In this document: positions 1 to 11,900 of the stretch, in pieces
Layout: the number at the start of each line of letters is the position of its first letter
Numbering within the stretch: the first letter of the stretch is position 1
Source of the DNA: Azolla caroliniana
Taxonomy: Eukaryota; Plantae; Polypodiophyta
DNA: 64,000 bases
Reading direction: 5' to 3'
Assembly: GCA_043228905.1 (NCBI GenBank)
Contig: JBHGNT010000015.1
Coordinates: 5,580,001 to 5,644,000, forward strand
Program-made: the position numbers and the translations under genes
The notes under the pieces: model-generated
The model's input: the letters and a program-made list of their open reading frames with translations, nothing else
Databases searched by the model: none
What the model was told of the DNA's origin: nothing

Positions 1-2165
1 CGGCTCTCGCTTGGAACTCTTTGAAGAAGGATAACCCTTGATCCCTAGTCTTCAGCATGGAAGCCCACAACTTCCGGCTATAATTATCAATAAAGGTCAC
101 GAAATATTGTGAACCACCATGCGATTTCGTATCCACATAGCATACGCCTGTATGCACGAGTTCCAGTGGCATTCTCTTCCTCATTGGGGGCCTCGATTGG
201 AAGGATGTTCAATTCTGCTTGCCAGCCAAGATTGCACTTCTCAAGCTGCACATTCTTCACCTCTAGAATGAGGTTGTCCTTGGTAATCTTTTGCCTCCCC
301 TTATGGCTCATATGGCACAACCTCCTGTGCCACAGTTCAACGACTGTATCAGCTGCCACGTTTGCTTCCCCTCGGCATATTCGAGCATGAATCAAGTATA
401 GTGTGTTGGTCTTTTGAGCTCGGACCACGATTAGGCACCCTTGGCAGAACTTCATGACTCTGTTCCGGATGCTACCCGTGTAGCCTTCGTCATCCAACTG
501 ACTGGCTGATATTAGGTTCAATCAAACCTCCGGAACATGTCAAACATCTTTCAACATGAGTCTGCACCCGGTTGAGGTTACCAAACACACATCTCCTATG
601 TTGACGATTCGGTGTGCTCCTTCATTCCCCATCTTTACAGATCCGAGATCTCCGGCTCTATAGGATGAGAAGCACTTTCGATCAGGGGTTAGGTGAAAGG
701 ACGCACCCGAATTAACCACCCATGTCGATTCTTCTCCAGTGAGATTCACTTCATTTTGCTCACTAATGAGCAACAACTCCTCCTCACTTGCGGCGATTGC
801 TGAGGTGTTCTTCTTATCTGGGATTTTCTTCGGCTCTACACCATCAACTCCCCCTTTCTCCTTTCGAAAGTGTCGGCAATTTTTCTGGAAGTGCCCTGGC
901 TTCCCATAATAGAAGCACATGGGTCTCCCCCTAGACTTCGACCTAGTCCCCGACTTATCTCGGTTTTGGGGACTTCTATTTTGGCTTCTTCCCCAAATCG
1001 TGTCACCTTTCGTGATTAAGGCCTTTTGGTCGGTATTGGACTCTCGGTCCTTTTGACGAGCTTCTTCATTCAGCAAGCTCGACTTCACTTGCTCTAGGGA
1101 CAAATGCTTCCCTTCCGGCCCAGCGTTGCCCAATGTGACAACGAGCGTCTCCTAGTTGTCCAGAAGGGATCCTAGCAACAATAGTGCTAATACGTTGTCG
1201 GAAAGAGGTGCTTCTAGAGAGGTGGTTTGGTTCATTAGTCCTTGGAATGCATTGATGTGCTCTGCCATACTGGAGCCATCCTGACACCAGAGTCTCACGA
1301 CTTTTTGGAATATTGAAACTCGGTTCACGGCGTTCTTGTTCTCAAACATTACGACTATCTTCTTCCATAGGACATTCGCTTTTGTTTCTTCGTCTAAGTT
1401 GTTCTATAGACTAATGTCTATAAAACACCTTATATATGCGGCCACCTTCAGATGCAACACTTCCCATGTTGCTGCATCAACCTTATCTGGCCTTTTATCT
1501 CCAAATTGCACCGGTAGCCAGAGGTCTTTCCTCACAAGCATGTCTCTCATCTTCGACTTCCACACTCAGTACTTGAAGCCAGTTAACTTGAACATGCTGT
1601 TGAATGAGTCTTCCACACTCAGTACCACTTTGTCGAGAAACATGACCGGCCACAACCAGTTTCTCGTTCATATATTCAAGTGCAAAAATCAAGGTGAATG
1701 TGCACAAACAGAAAAAAGACAAAAACATGGACATAAGGTTTAACGTGGAAACCCAAATCGGGAAAAACAACGGGGGTCCATGAACCCCAAGAAACAGAAT
1801 CACTATATAGAGAGGAGTACAATAAGAAACTCATCTTCGTCAACAGAAGGCTGCAGAGTTACACCCTAAGGCTCACACACTCTCTCTCTGTCTTACATAG
1901 TTACAAAGGCCACTACCTTCTTCTAACTCTCAACCTAATCATACAACAATGATCTACTACAGCTTATTAAAGTTTTCCCTAGTTGTATTTATACTTATAC
2001 AACTTTATGGCTATTTACATACAGAGCCCACACGGGGCACATTTCGACTATTTCCAAATATAGTCTCCCGAGTTAGCTATGTCCTCGACTTCAGTTTCGG
2101 CCTCGGCCTCGTTACTCATCAACTTAGCTCTTCTCTTCCCATCCAAAGGGACCTGTTTCCTAGCA
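1..2165 (-). mobile_element. Ty1/copia LTR retrotransposon E (Tnt1/Tork-like), 5' part: 5' LTR ~1631-2165 plus degenerate gag-protease-pre-integrase; continues off the left edge
   Basis: Minus-strand fragments encode gag (LALLLLGSL, CFYYGKPGHFQKNC knuckle), protease (WVVNSGASFH) and GAG-pre-integrase (LWHRRLCHMS). LTR termini resemble those of elements F and J. Decayed PBS TGGTACT next to the LTR. Confidence 0.85.
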
Positions 2166-2481
2166 CTGCAAAGTGGGTGTGGCTAAGCGATGTCGATCAG
2201 GTTGCGCTTTGTACCGGTCCCTCGCAAGGATGAGCTCGAGGGAGAGGTCTTGATGAATGTCAGCTAAAATACGAGCACATGCTTCCGCTGATGGGTTGAC
2301 AGAGTTGCCAGGGATGGAAATACCGAAGTGAGGATGGAAACCATAGTTGGCGAAAAATGGGGTGACCCCAGTTGAACCATGTAGTGTATTATTATATGTG
2401 AAGTCTTCTAGGGGAAGGAAGTCAATCCAATCATTTTGTTGGTGGTTAAGCAAGCACAAAAAGTATTGCTCGAGAATTTGG

Positions 2482-3285
2482 TGACAGGAATTAAATGCTC
2501 CTTATACACAACCCTCGGCCACAACCGAGCTTAGGATCATACACAGAAAACGGGAAAGAAAACACGATGCGAAGAAGAGAAGAGTACATAGGATGTTTAC
2601 GTGGAAAACCCAAACCAAGGGAAAAACCAGGGCAGCCCACAGGCTGCAAACTATCACTATGTTAGAATGTACAACTGTGAGTTCACGGAGGCAACGACCT
2701 CGTGCTCACGATCCTCGCCACAGGCGGCGGTTACAACAGAGGCAACGACCTCTTTCTCTCTCTCTCTCTCTGTACACAGTTACGCGCTCACTCTCTCCTT
2801 GCACCAACAAGAAATGACAACAACTCAATAAAAGTTTGCCCTAAGTCATATTTATACTAATATGACTTTTCGGCTATTTACAAATATAGCCACGATGGAC
2901 TCTCAGAAACATATTTACAAATATGTCTCTTCATCCGGAGAGCGCTCCTCACCGGCCTTGCATCATCCGGATCTAGCTGGGTACTCCTCATCCGATTATC
3001 ACCGGGTCTGCACCATCCGGCTCTCCGTAGCCGGGTACTCCTCATCCGGTTATCACCGGGTCTGCACCATCCGGCTCTCCGTAGCCGGGTACTCCTCATC
3101 CGGTTCTCACCGGGTCTGCACCATTCGGCTCTCCGTAGCCGGGTACTCCTCATCCGGTTCTCACCGGGTCTGCACCATTCGGCTCTCCGTAGTCGGGTAC
3201 TCCTCATCCGGTTACGGCCTCGGCCGAGTTTGCTTATCAGCACTGTTCTTCTCCCTTCCCATCCGGAGGGACCTGTCTCCCAACA
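2482..3285 (-). mobile_element. Solo LTR of the copia E/F/J family
   Basis: TG...CA termini and perfect 5-bp TSD TTTGG (2477-2481 and 3286-3290). Reverse complement begins TGTTGGGAGACAGGTCCCTCCGGATGGG, like the J LTRs. Confidence 0.9.
2978..3213. repeat. 54-bp tandem repeat (~4.5 copies) inside the solo LTR
   Basis: Unit CCGGCTCTCCGTAGCCGGGTACTCCTCATCCGGTTATCACCGGGTCTGCACCAT at 3017, 3071 and 3125. Confidence 0.9.
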
Positions 3286-4104
3286 TTTGGTTCACCCACT
3301 CAGTTTGGCCATTGGTTTGATGATGATAAGACGAAGACAAATTCATTATTGTGCTTAGTGTTTGAAGGAGTCATCGTCAAAAACGAGAGACAAATTGGGG
3401 TTCGTGATCTGAGGTGACATAGTCTGGGACCCCATGAAGCCGCACCACATTCTTTAGAAATAGATCGGTTGTTGCTTCTACTGAAATATTCTTTGCAAAG
3501 GGAGCAAAATGAGCCATCTTTGTAAACCAATCTACCATGACGAGCATTGTGTCATATCCGTGGACTAGAGGCAAGTTAGTGATCAAATCCATGGAAATTG
3601 ATGCCCAAGGCCGGTTGGGAATGGGAAGTGGTTGGAGCAACCTGTATGGCCTATGGTGGACGACTTTGGATCGAGCACAAGTATCACATGTTTTGATGAA
3701 TTCCTTGATGAACTTCCATGGTTGAGGCCACCAATATCCTCGTGAGATTAATTCGAGTGTCTTCGTAACGCCAAAATGGCCAGCCAAGGGGTCTTCATGA
3801 CACTTTTGGAGAACTTGAGTTCGACATCGGCCCACCAGAACATATAAGAGTTGATCTCGGTAAAGCAGTCCCCCCTGGAATCTGAAGCGATCGAGGTCTC
3901 CCTTGCTCTTGGGTTTAGACGGATCAGTAAGAACTTCCTTAATTGTATTGGAGAATTTGTCGGTGGGAAGTGCTTTGGCGATCTCCTCAACCAAAGAGTC
4001 GTGATGGAGCATGCATGTGCTGAAAAGTTGGAATTGATCTGGTTTTAGCAAACAATGAGATTGTTAACCATAGGCATTATCCCTTGGGCTCAACTCGAAA
4101 TTTC

Positions 4105-7100
4105 TATTATTGCTAGGGCCTGACAACATCCTAACATAGGGCGTCCACTTAAAACATGTCACCAAAGGGTGGTACGGCAGAATGACTTACGGCACAATGC
4201 TTAATTAGACCTTAATCGATTACTTAGCCATCCGTAATTAACACGCATAAGATATGACAATAATCACAGAACGGTAATGAACACTTGAAGATTAAGACCA
4301 TAAGCTTTTATTAATTATCCGCTGCTTATTACATTGCAACCGGGCCTTTATATAGGTCTCCGGTGCGAAATACAAACGATGCCAAACGACACCTTTATGG
4401 AATCGTTCCGGATCCGGATCGGCATACCGATTCCGGTCCGTCCGTCCACATCTTCTTATATAATAATATGTATATATTAAGACTACTAATTCCAACAGTT
4501 CCCGAATAACTATTCCTTTCACACTCTGGTTTGGAGTCTGGACCTCCTTTAGCCTTCTTTGTCGACCGGTAACACATGGCACGCCTGTGGGACAGTACCT
4601 TGTATGTCGAACCCACTATCCGGCCCTTTTACGCTTCGTCCAAAATGTCCAGAATGCTTTGCTCCAAAATTTCCAATGGCTCGTCGGGAATCTGTTGTTC
4701 TTGCTGTGGCTGTTGTTGTTGTTCCGTTTGTGGTTGTGGCTGCTGCTCCGTTTGTGGCTTTGGCACCGGTGTTTCCGTCGTTGGTTCCTCTGTCAGAGTT
4801 GTCTGTGGCTGACTGAGCCCGGCATGTTCCCCCTCCGGTCTTTGCACCGGCGACGGTTCCTCATCACTAAGGTTGACCGTTGCCGTCTTTCGTGCTTTTT
4901 CTTCCCGGAGCCGGGACCGCTCATAGCTTTCGAACTGGATTTGAGCCTCCAGCCGATCATTGTCTAGTTGAGCTACGAGCTACCGGACCTGCACCAATTG
5001 TTCATCCGCCAGGGCTGTGAAATCTTCTGCCAGCTCGTCCCTGATGGTGGTGAAGTCCTCCGAGGTCAACATATAGCAGTTGTTGCCCTCCTTTCGCCGA
5101 TTTTCAACGTCCGCCCTAAGCAATTGGAGTTCCGCGGTATTCTGCGCCCATTTTGCCCACCAACGCACAGAGCTGTCATCAATCAAGCTTTTGGTTTTAG
5201 TGAGCCATGACCGGAGGATGCACTGTATCCGTTCGGCTCCCATCTGTGATTTATTTTCTGCGGCTTGTCACTCTTCCTTCAATTGCTTGATGATCCGAAC
5301 CGTGTCCGCCTCCTGCTCCCTATAATGCGACCATTGAGTTTGATAGGTTGTTTGCAACCTCGGTAGTACCATTGTCACTCTTTCCTTGTCTTCATGGTTC
5401 TGTTTGTGGAGCTCCATCCGGGCATTCGCCACTTCCTCCAACAGCCTGGAACTTTCCGCTCATTCTTCAGCGAGTGCCGTTGTGGCCTTATCAACCTCTT
5501 GCCGGAGCTCGACCATCCGTTGCTGATGCTCTGTCTCCAGCTGCTTGTAGTCCCGATGCAGATGATCGAAATCATCGGTCTTCTGCTTCAGCCTTTGGTT
5601 TATCTGACGGCGCGCGCGGTCCTCCCGGTCCTTCTGTTGCCGGAGCTCTTCCTTCAGCCGCTCGATTTCCGTTTCCACCATCCGTCGCAACTTGTCTTTT
5701 TCCTGCAGTACTTTCTCTTTTTCCTCCTTCAGCCGGTCGTAAGCATGATGTCCTTTACGTAGGTTTTCCTTTGCACGGCGAAGGTTCTCAACAGTCTTTC
5801 TTAATTCTTCTTCGGCCGCCCTCTTCAAGTCGCGTTCGCGGCTCCGTAATGCTTCTTGTGCGGCTAGCTCATCTCGTAATTCCGCAAGCTCTTGGGCTTG
5901 GGCCGCCTCTTTCTCCGGGACCTTTTGTGTCTCCGGGGTCTTATTCTTCTGTACATCAACCGGAGTCACCGGTGCTTGGACCTGCATTGCGGTTAAGGCC
6001 ATTTAGGCCATATCTCCTGTGATCCGATCCAAGTCTTGTTTGAGGCACCGGATCCTTGAACGGGCTGTCTCCAGTTCATCGGTTGTGACGAGCATCCGTT
6101 CCGTTTGCGCTCTTTCCTCCGCCACTATGCATCCGACTACTCCGACAATTTGGTCTCCTATCCACCGGAGCCATTGGCTACCTGTGCACTGTTGTTGTGC
6201 TTGCACGGAGAGTTGGCTGATGGGTTCACTCACCGGTGGCTGGTCCCGCCTTCCTGCGTCAAGCTGCGCTTCTGGTTCTGCTAGCTGACCACTTTGCCGT
6301 TCCGGCTCTGAGTGTGTTTTGTCGGGTCGCCCTTTGTCAGCTTGTTCTTGGTCGGCTGGGGCGGTTGGCCTTTGTATCTCCGGCTCTTGGGTGACGGGGC
6401 TTGCCGGTGTTGCCTGCTGTGCCGGGACTTCTGTGACCGGTTCCATCCGAACTGGTTCCGGTGCCTCCCTTGGCGTGGGTTGCTCAACGTGAGTTGAGGG
6501 TGTTCCATCCTGCTGTGGGTCCGAATGTTTCCCGGCAGATTCTGCGGTGCTCTTCACTGGCCGCCGTTGGAGGTGCTCCGTGGGTTCTTCCTCCATCTCT
6601 TCCGCCCGAGTCCCGACATTCATTCTTGCCGCCAAGGTGTCCGTTTCCTGTTGCGCCGGTCGGTGGAGTGGGCTCTTCAAGGCTCATGCCGGTGTCTCCT
6701 CGTGCGTGTCCGCCGGTCGCTTCCGACTGGCGCGCTCCTTTGCTGCCTTCTCTGCTTCGGCAGTCTTCCCCTTAGTGGCCTTGGAAGCCAACGGTTGTTG
6801 CCGTTTCAAAAAAGGTTTCGGGGTGCCGTCCGTTGTTCTTCCTCGCTTCTTGGTTTGGATGGCCTTGACCGGTGGCGCCAACAGGGTGAGCCATTGTGTC
6901 ACTGCATGCCATATTTTCTGGCCTTCCTTGTCGTCCTTTCCCCTTACTATATCAATGGCCGTACATAGCCCGTCGGCGATCAGCACCGACCAATCTACCT
7001 TGACCCCTTCGTACGTTGCGATGATCAAGCCTGCTCGGTTTTGAGGCATGACGGGGGGTCGAGGGTACACGTGGCCGAACTCGTGGAGCACTCGGGAAAT

Positions 7101-7860
7101 TTCTCGGAATAGCATATCTTCGCCGCCCTGTGTCCTATAGCCCTTGCTGGCTAGAGAGTACTCACTGAAATATTCAACGTTGAGGGGGAGAGAGAGAGAA
7201 AGAGAGATGACAAGAGAGAGAGAGATTGAGAGAGAAAATGAGTATTCCTCCATAGACTTCCTCCAACATCTTCATCGTCATTTTCGCGTTTCGCCATTTC
7301 TTGCACTTAGCCGCTATGGCTTGCACATTCGCTTATCATTCTTCGACTCCGTCTCCAAAGGGGTGTCGCCTTAGTGGTCGCCAAACACTGTGTTATTGCT
7401 AGGGCCGGACAACAGCCTAACACAAGGTGTCCACTTAAAACACATCACCAAAGGGTGGTACGACAGAATGACTTACGACACAACGCTTAATTAGACCTTA
7501 ATCGATTACTTAGCTATCCGTAATTAACACGCGTAAGATATGACAATAATCACAGAACGGTAATGAACACTTGAAGATTAAGACCATAAGCTTTTATTAA
7601 TTATCCGCTGCTGATTACATTGTAACTGGGCCTTTATATAGGTCTTTGGTGCGAAATACAAACGGTGCCAAACGGCACCTTTACGGAATCATTCCGGATC
7701 CGGATCGGCATACCGATTCCGGTCCGTCCGTCCACATCTTCTTATATAATAATATGTATATATTAAGAATACTAATTCCAACAGTTCCTGAATAACTATT
7801 CCTTTTACACTTTGGTTTGGAGTCTGGACCTCCTTTAGCCTTCTTTGCCGGCCGGTAACA
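4105..7860 (-). mobile_element. Non-autonomous LTR element D (no gag-pol recognisable), 470-bp LTRs at 4105-4574 and 7391-7860
   Basis: Direct repeats T(G/A)TTATTGCTAGGGCC...CCGGTAACA and perfect TSD ATTTC (4100-4104, 7861-7865). TATA then AATAAA order suggests minus orientation, but this is not certain. Confidence 0.85.
4629..7253 (-). pseudogene. Long single-frame ORF of element D broken by stops; Q/E/P-rich and coiled-coil protein resembling gypsy extra-ORF products
   Basis: ORFs 6684-7253, 6003-6680, 5460-6002, 4980-5243 and 4629-4847 are all in one frame. N-terminal globular segment (GLIIATYEGVKVDWSVLIADGL) is followed by a heptad-rich E/K/R/L region. Confidence 0.65.
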
Positions 7861-8945
7861 ATTTCTAGTGCCATGAAAGAGCATCAACCTTCATTTTTTG
7901 TGCCCCCGGTCGAAAAATAAATTAAAGTCATAGTTGGCTAAGAAATTTGACCAACAAGCTGTCACCGATTCAAAGTACGGGTTGTTGAGAAATACAATAA
8001 ATTTTTATGATCTGTTATTACCTAAACCCAATGTTGCGCCCCAGCCAAGTAAGGTCTCCACTCTGTGAAAGCGGCCACTATAGTAGCGAGATCCTTGTCG
8101 TAGATGGGATAGTTAATTTCTGGAGCTGTGAATTTTTGGGAGTAGTACGCCATCGGATGTAGGATGCCATCATCATCGGGTTGGATAAGATGGCACCAAT
8201 GGCAAAGTCATAGGCATATGTTTCAACTTGAAAAGGCTTCGTGGGGTCGACATGAATGAGGACTGGAGCCCGGATAAAAACTTCCTTGAGTAGATCGAAG
8301 GCATGTTGAGCAGATGGAGTTCATTGAAACGACATACCTTTACGAGTCAGCTCAATCAAGGGTTCGACTATGATAGAGAACCCCTTAATAAATCGTCGAT
8401 AGAAATTTGCGAAACCAAGGATTGATTGGACATCCTTGTTGAGAGACAGGCTCAACATTGGGTGCGTAACCCAGTGCGTAGATTGAGTGCATAAAACCGT
8501 GCACACAGTATGGTCGTAGCGGTGTGTAAACTGAGAGGCCATTAGAATGTTATTCCTCGTAAGGAATAATTTTGGGAGTAAGTGTAGGATGGTCATTTAT
8601 GAGTGGTCAAGTATGGTAAGTACTTCTGTCAGCCCAATAGTCAGGGCTTGTATAAAAGGTGCTCATTGAGCACGAAGTATGTACTGAGAACATACAGAGA
8701 ATTATTTTTGAATGTAGTTCCCTTCTTTCTCTCTTTGTCTCTCCCTCTCCTTCTCTGTGATTTCTGCGTTTTACTGAACTGTCATACTTCCGAACCGTGT
8801 ACTTTGTGTCTTTCGCATACGCTTCCGCACACATATTCTTTTACATGGTATCAGAGTGGGAGGGTTGAGACTCCTCTACAGTTGACAGAAAAGCTTGCGA
8901 TAAAGAAAGAGTTAAGTTATTGTTTTTCGGAAAGGATAAGACAAT

Positions 8946-11900
8946 TGTTGAGAGACAAGCTCAACATCAGCCGGATCGGCTGAAGAAGCCGAGGACTGGA
9001 TCGGTTGGGACCAATCGGTTAGGCCGAGTGCGTAAACCGGGAGGCCGTTAGGAAAGATATTCCGTGAGGAATATGTTTGGGAGTTAGTGTAGGAGCTCTT
9101 AATGAGCATTGAAGTACCGTCAGTACTTCGGTCAGTCCTTCGAGGACTTGTATAAAAGTGTTCATGGAACACACATGTATGTACAGATTGAGTATTATTG
9201 TTGAATATAGATTTTGTGTTTCTCTCTCTCTGTCTCTCCCGCGTATACTGTGTAAGCTCAAGCTCTCCATTAAACCTGAGTTTCCTTCCTTCTGTTCGGT
9301 CTTCATACTTGCTTCCGCATGCTACTTTTTACATGGTATTAGAGCGCGAGGGTTGAGAACCTCTCTACAGCCGACACAACTTGACGAAGAAGAACAAGAA
9401 GAACGATGGATAGAGGCATGGCGAGCTTGCTTCCAACAGAGAAGCTCGACAGAACCAACTATGCGTCTTGGTCCTACAAGATGCACCAGTACCTGCTCGA
9501 GCATGGCTACTGGAGTTATGTCGAAGGAGCTAATGATGTGGCACCCGAATCGACACACAGAGACTTCCCATCGTGGCAACAATCGGCGAACAAGGTATTA
9601 TACTGCTTCGCGTTGTGTGTGGGCAAACATCTATTGAGCTATGTTCGGGATGCAAAGACGCCGAAGGGTGTGTGGGAAAATCTGAAGAAGATTTTCGCCG
9701 CGAGCACCACAGCCAGGAAGCTTCAGATCCGACAGGAGTTGAGCAACCTACGACAACGCGACTTGTCGGTGGCGGACTATACCTCGAGGATCAAGGATAT
9801 CTGCGACTCCCTCGCCTCCATAGAGGTGAACATCGAGAAGAGCGAGATGGTCCAGATCTGTCTCGGAGGTTTGGCGTCGAAGTTCGGAGCGTTCCGAACG
9901 GCTGTGTGTACCCGGGAGAATACGCCGTCCTTTTTCGACTTACAGTCGATGCTCCTTGTAGAGGAGAACCACGCGGGTGTGTCTACAAGCACGCACACTG
10001 ACAGCAGAATGTTGTACACGGTGGGAGAAAGGCCCCGTGGTCGTGGCGGACGAGGCGAGTCGGTACGCAATGGAAGCGGCCGACGAGATCAAGGAAGAAG
10101 GCACCGAAGTGATGCCGACAGCAACTCCGGACCCTCCGGAAACAGGGGGAGTCGAAGCGATGAGAACCGGCAAGGGAAGGCCATCGCGGAGTGCTGGTAC
10201 TGTGGCAAGAAAGGCCACAGGGAAAGTGAGTGCTGGAAGAAGCGTGCCGATTCGGAGAGAACCAGTTCCGAAAACGGCTCCGGACATACCGACAAGGGAA
10301 ATCGGCAGCGATCGCACTACGCCGAAGACTCCGGGAGAGCCGAAGAAGGGTCTGTCTTCGTGACGAGACACGAAGAAAACTCAATGAAACAAAGCACCCC
10401 GAGATCGGACGAGGTGTGGTACGTAGATTCCGGCGTGTCAAACCACATGACGAGCCATAAGGAGTGGTTCTCGTACCTTGAAAAACCGATACAGCCTGGA
10501 GTAGTCACAACAGGAGACGACACTCCGCATCTGATCGCGAATGTCAGAGAAGTTCCCCTTAGCCATGTCGGGTAGAAAGGGAAACTCATGAACGTGCTGC
10601 ACGTTCCGACAATCACGAAAAACTTGGTCTCGGTCGGACAGATCGTCGACCAAGGGATGGAAGTTTGGTTTACACACCTCGGGTGCTTCATTGAGGAAGA
10701 AGGCCGTGTGATTGTGCAAGGGCGCAGAGACGAGAGGATGTTCATCCTCGATTCCACTGATGGCGGCACCGCAATGTTCGCAAAGGGACAAAAAGCCGAG
10801 TCGGACATCGACTTGTGGCACAAGCAGATAGGCCACGTCAACTACCAGCGGCTTCAAGATCTGCAATCGAAACAGGTAGTGTTCAGATTGCCCAAATTTA
10901 GTGGCCGAAAGGCACAAATTTGTGAAGCCTGCTAGCTCAGGAAGCAACACCGACTTCCTTTCCCCAACGAGCGAAACCGGAGTAGGAATAAGCTCGACCT
11001 TATACACTTCGATGTGTGGGGGCCGGCACAAAACGTTAGTCTTGGTGGGAGCCGATATTTCGTCTCCTTCATCGATGACCACACACGACACACGTGGATC
11101 TACGTCATTGAGAGGAAGAGCGAAGTCTTCGACTGTTTCCGAGACCTCAAAGGGTTCGTGGAAACGGAAACGGGACGAAAGATCAAGTGCCTGCGGTCGG
11201 ATGGCAGGAAAAAGTACTTTTCCGGTCAGTTCAACGATTACCTACAACAAATGGGAATTCGCCGCGAATTCAGTTGTAGATACACGCCAGAGCAGAACGG
11301 CGTGGCCGAGAGGAAGAATCGGTCAGTTGTGGAAGCGGCACGGGCAATGCTGGAGGAGAAGAGCTTGCCCAAGTTCTACTGGGCCGAGGCGGTAAGGACC
11401 GTGGTATACATCCAGAACCGGATCGGAGACAAAGAGTCGGCGCACGAGCTATATTTTGGAACTAAGCCGAACTTGCGACACTTGAGGGTGTTCGGTAGCA
11501 TTGCGTATGTGCATATACCGAAGGAGAAAAGGAGAAAGCTGGACGCGAAGGCCGAGAAATGCAGCTTGGTCGGTTACTCGGACGAGCAGAAGGGTTATAA
11601 GTGCTATAACCCTCGCACCAAACAAGCGCGTGTCAGCCGCGACGTTGTGTATGACGAGTCCGCGTCCTGGTACCTGCCCCCGACTACGAACCCCGACTCC
11701 AATCCGAGTTCTAACGATGAGGTCAGCAAGGCCGAGATGCCTCCGGATGAGCCCGAAATCGAGACCCACGAAGAGAGTCCGATTTCACTCCGGTTAAGTG
11801 GACCGATTGGACGACTGAGTCGGTACGACCAGTCCGATGAAGAGCCGGCGAGTAGGGGAGACTCGGCCGTGCATTCCCCGCGTAGGAAGCCGAGGAGACG

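Noticed and set aside
2593-3320. Repeat-containing ORFs (AGYSSSGYHRVCTIRLSV)n
   Set aside because: Translation of the 54-bp LTR tandem repeat; no evidence of coding.
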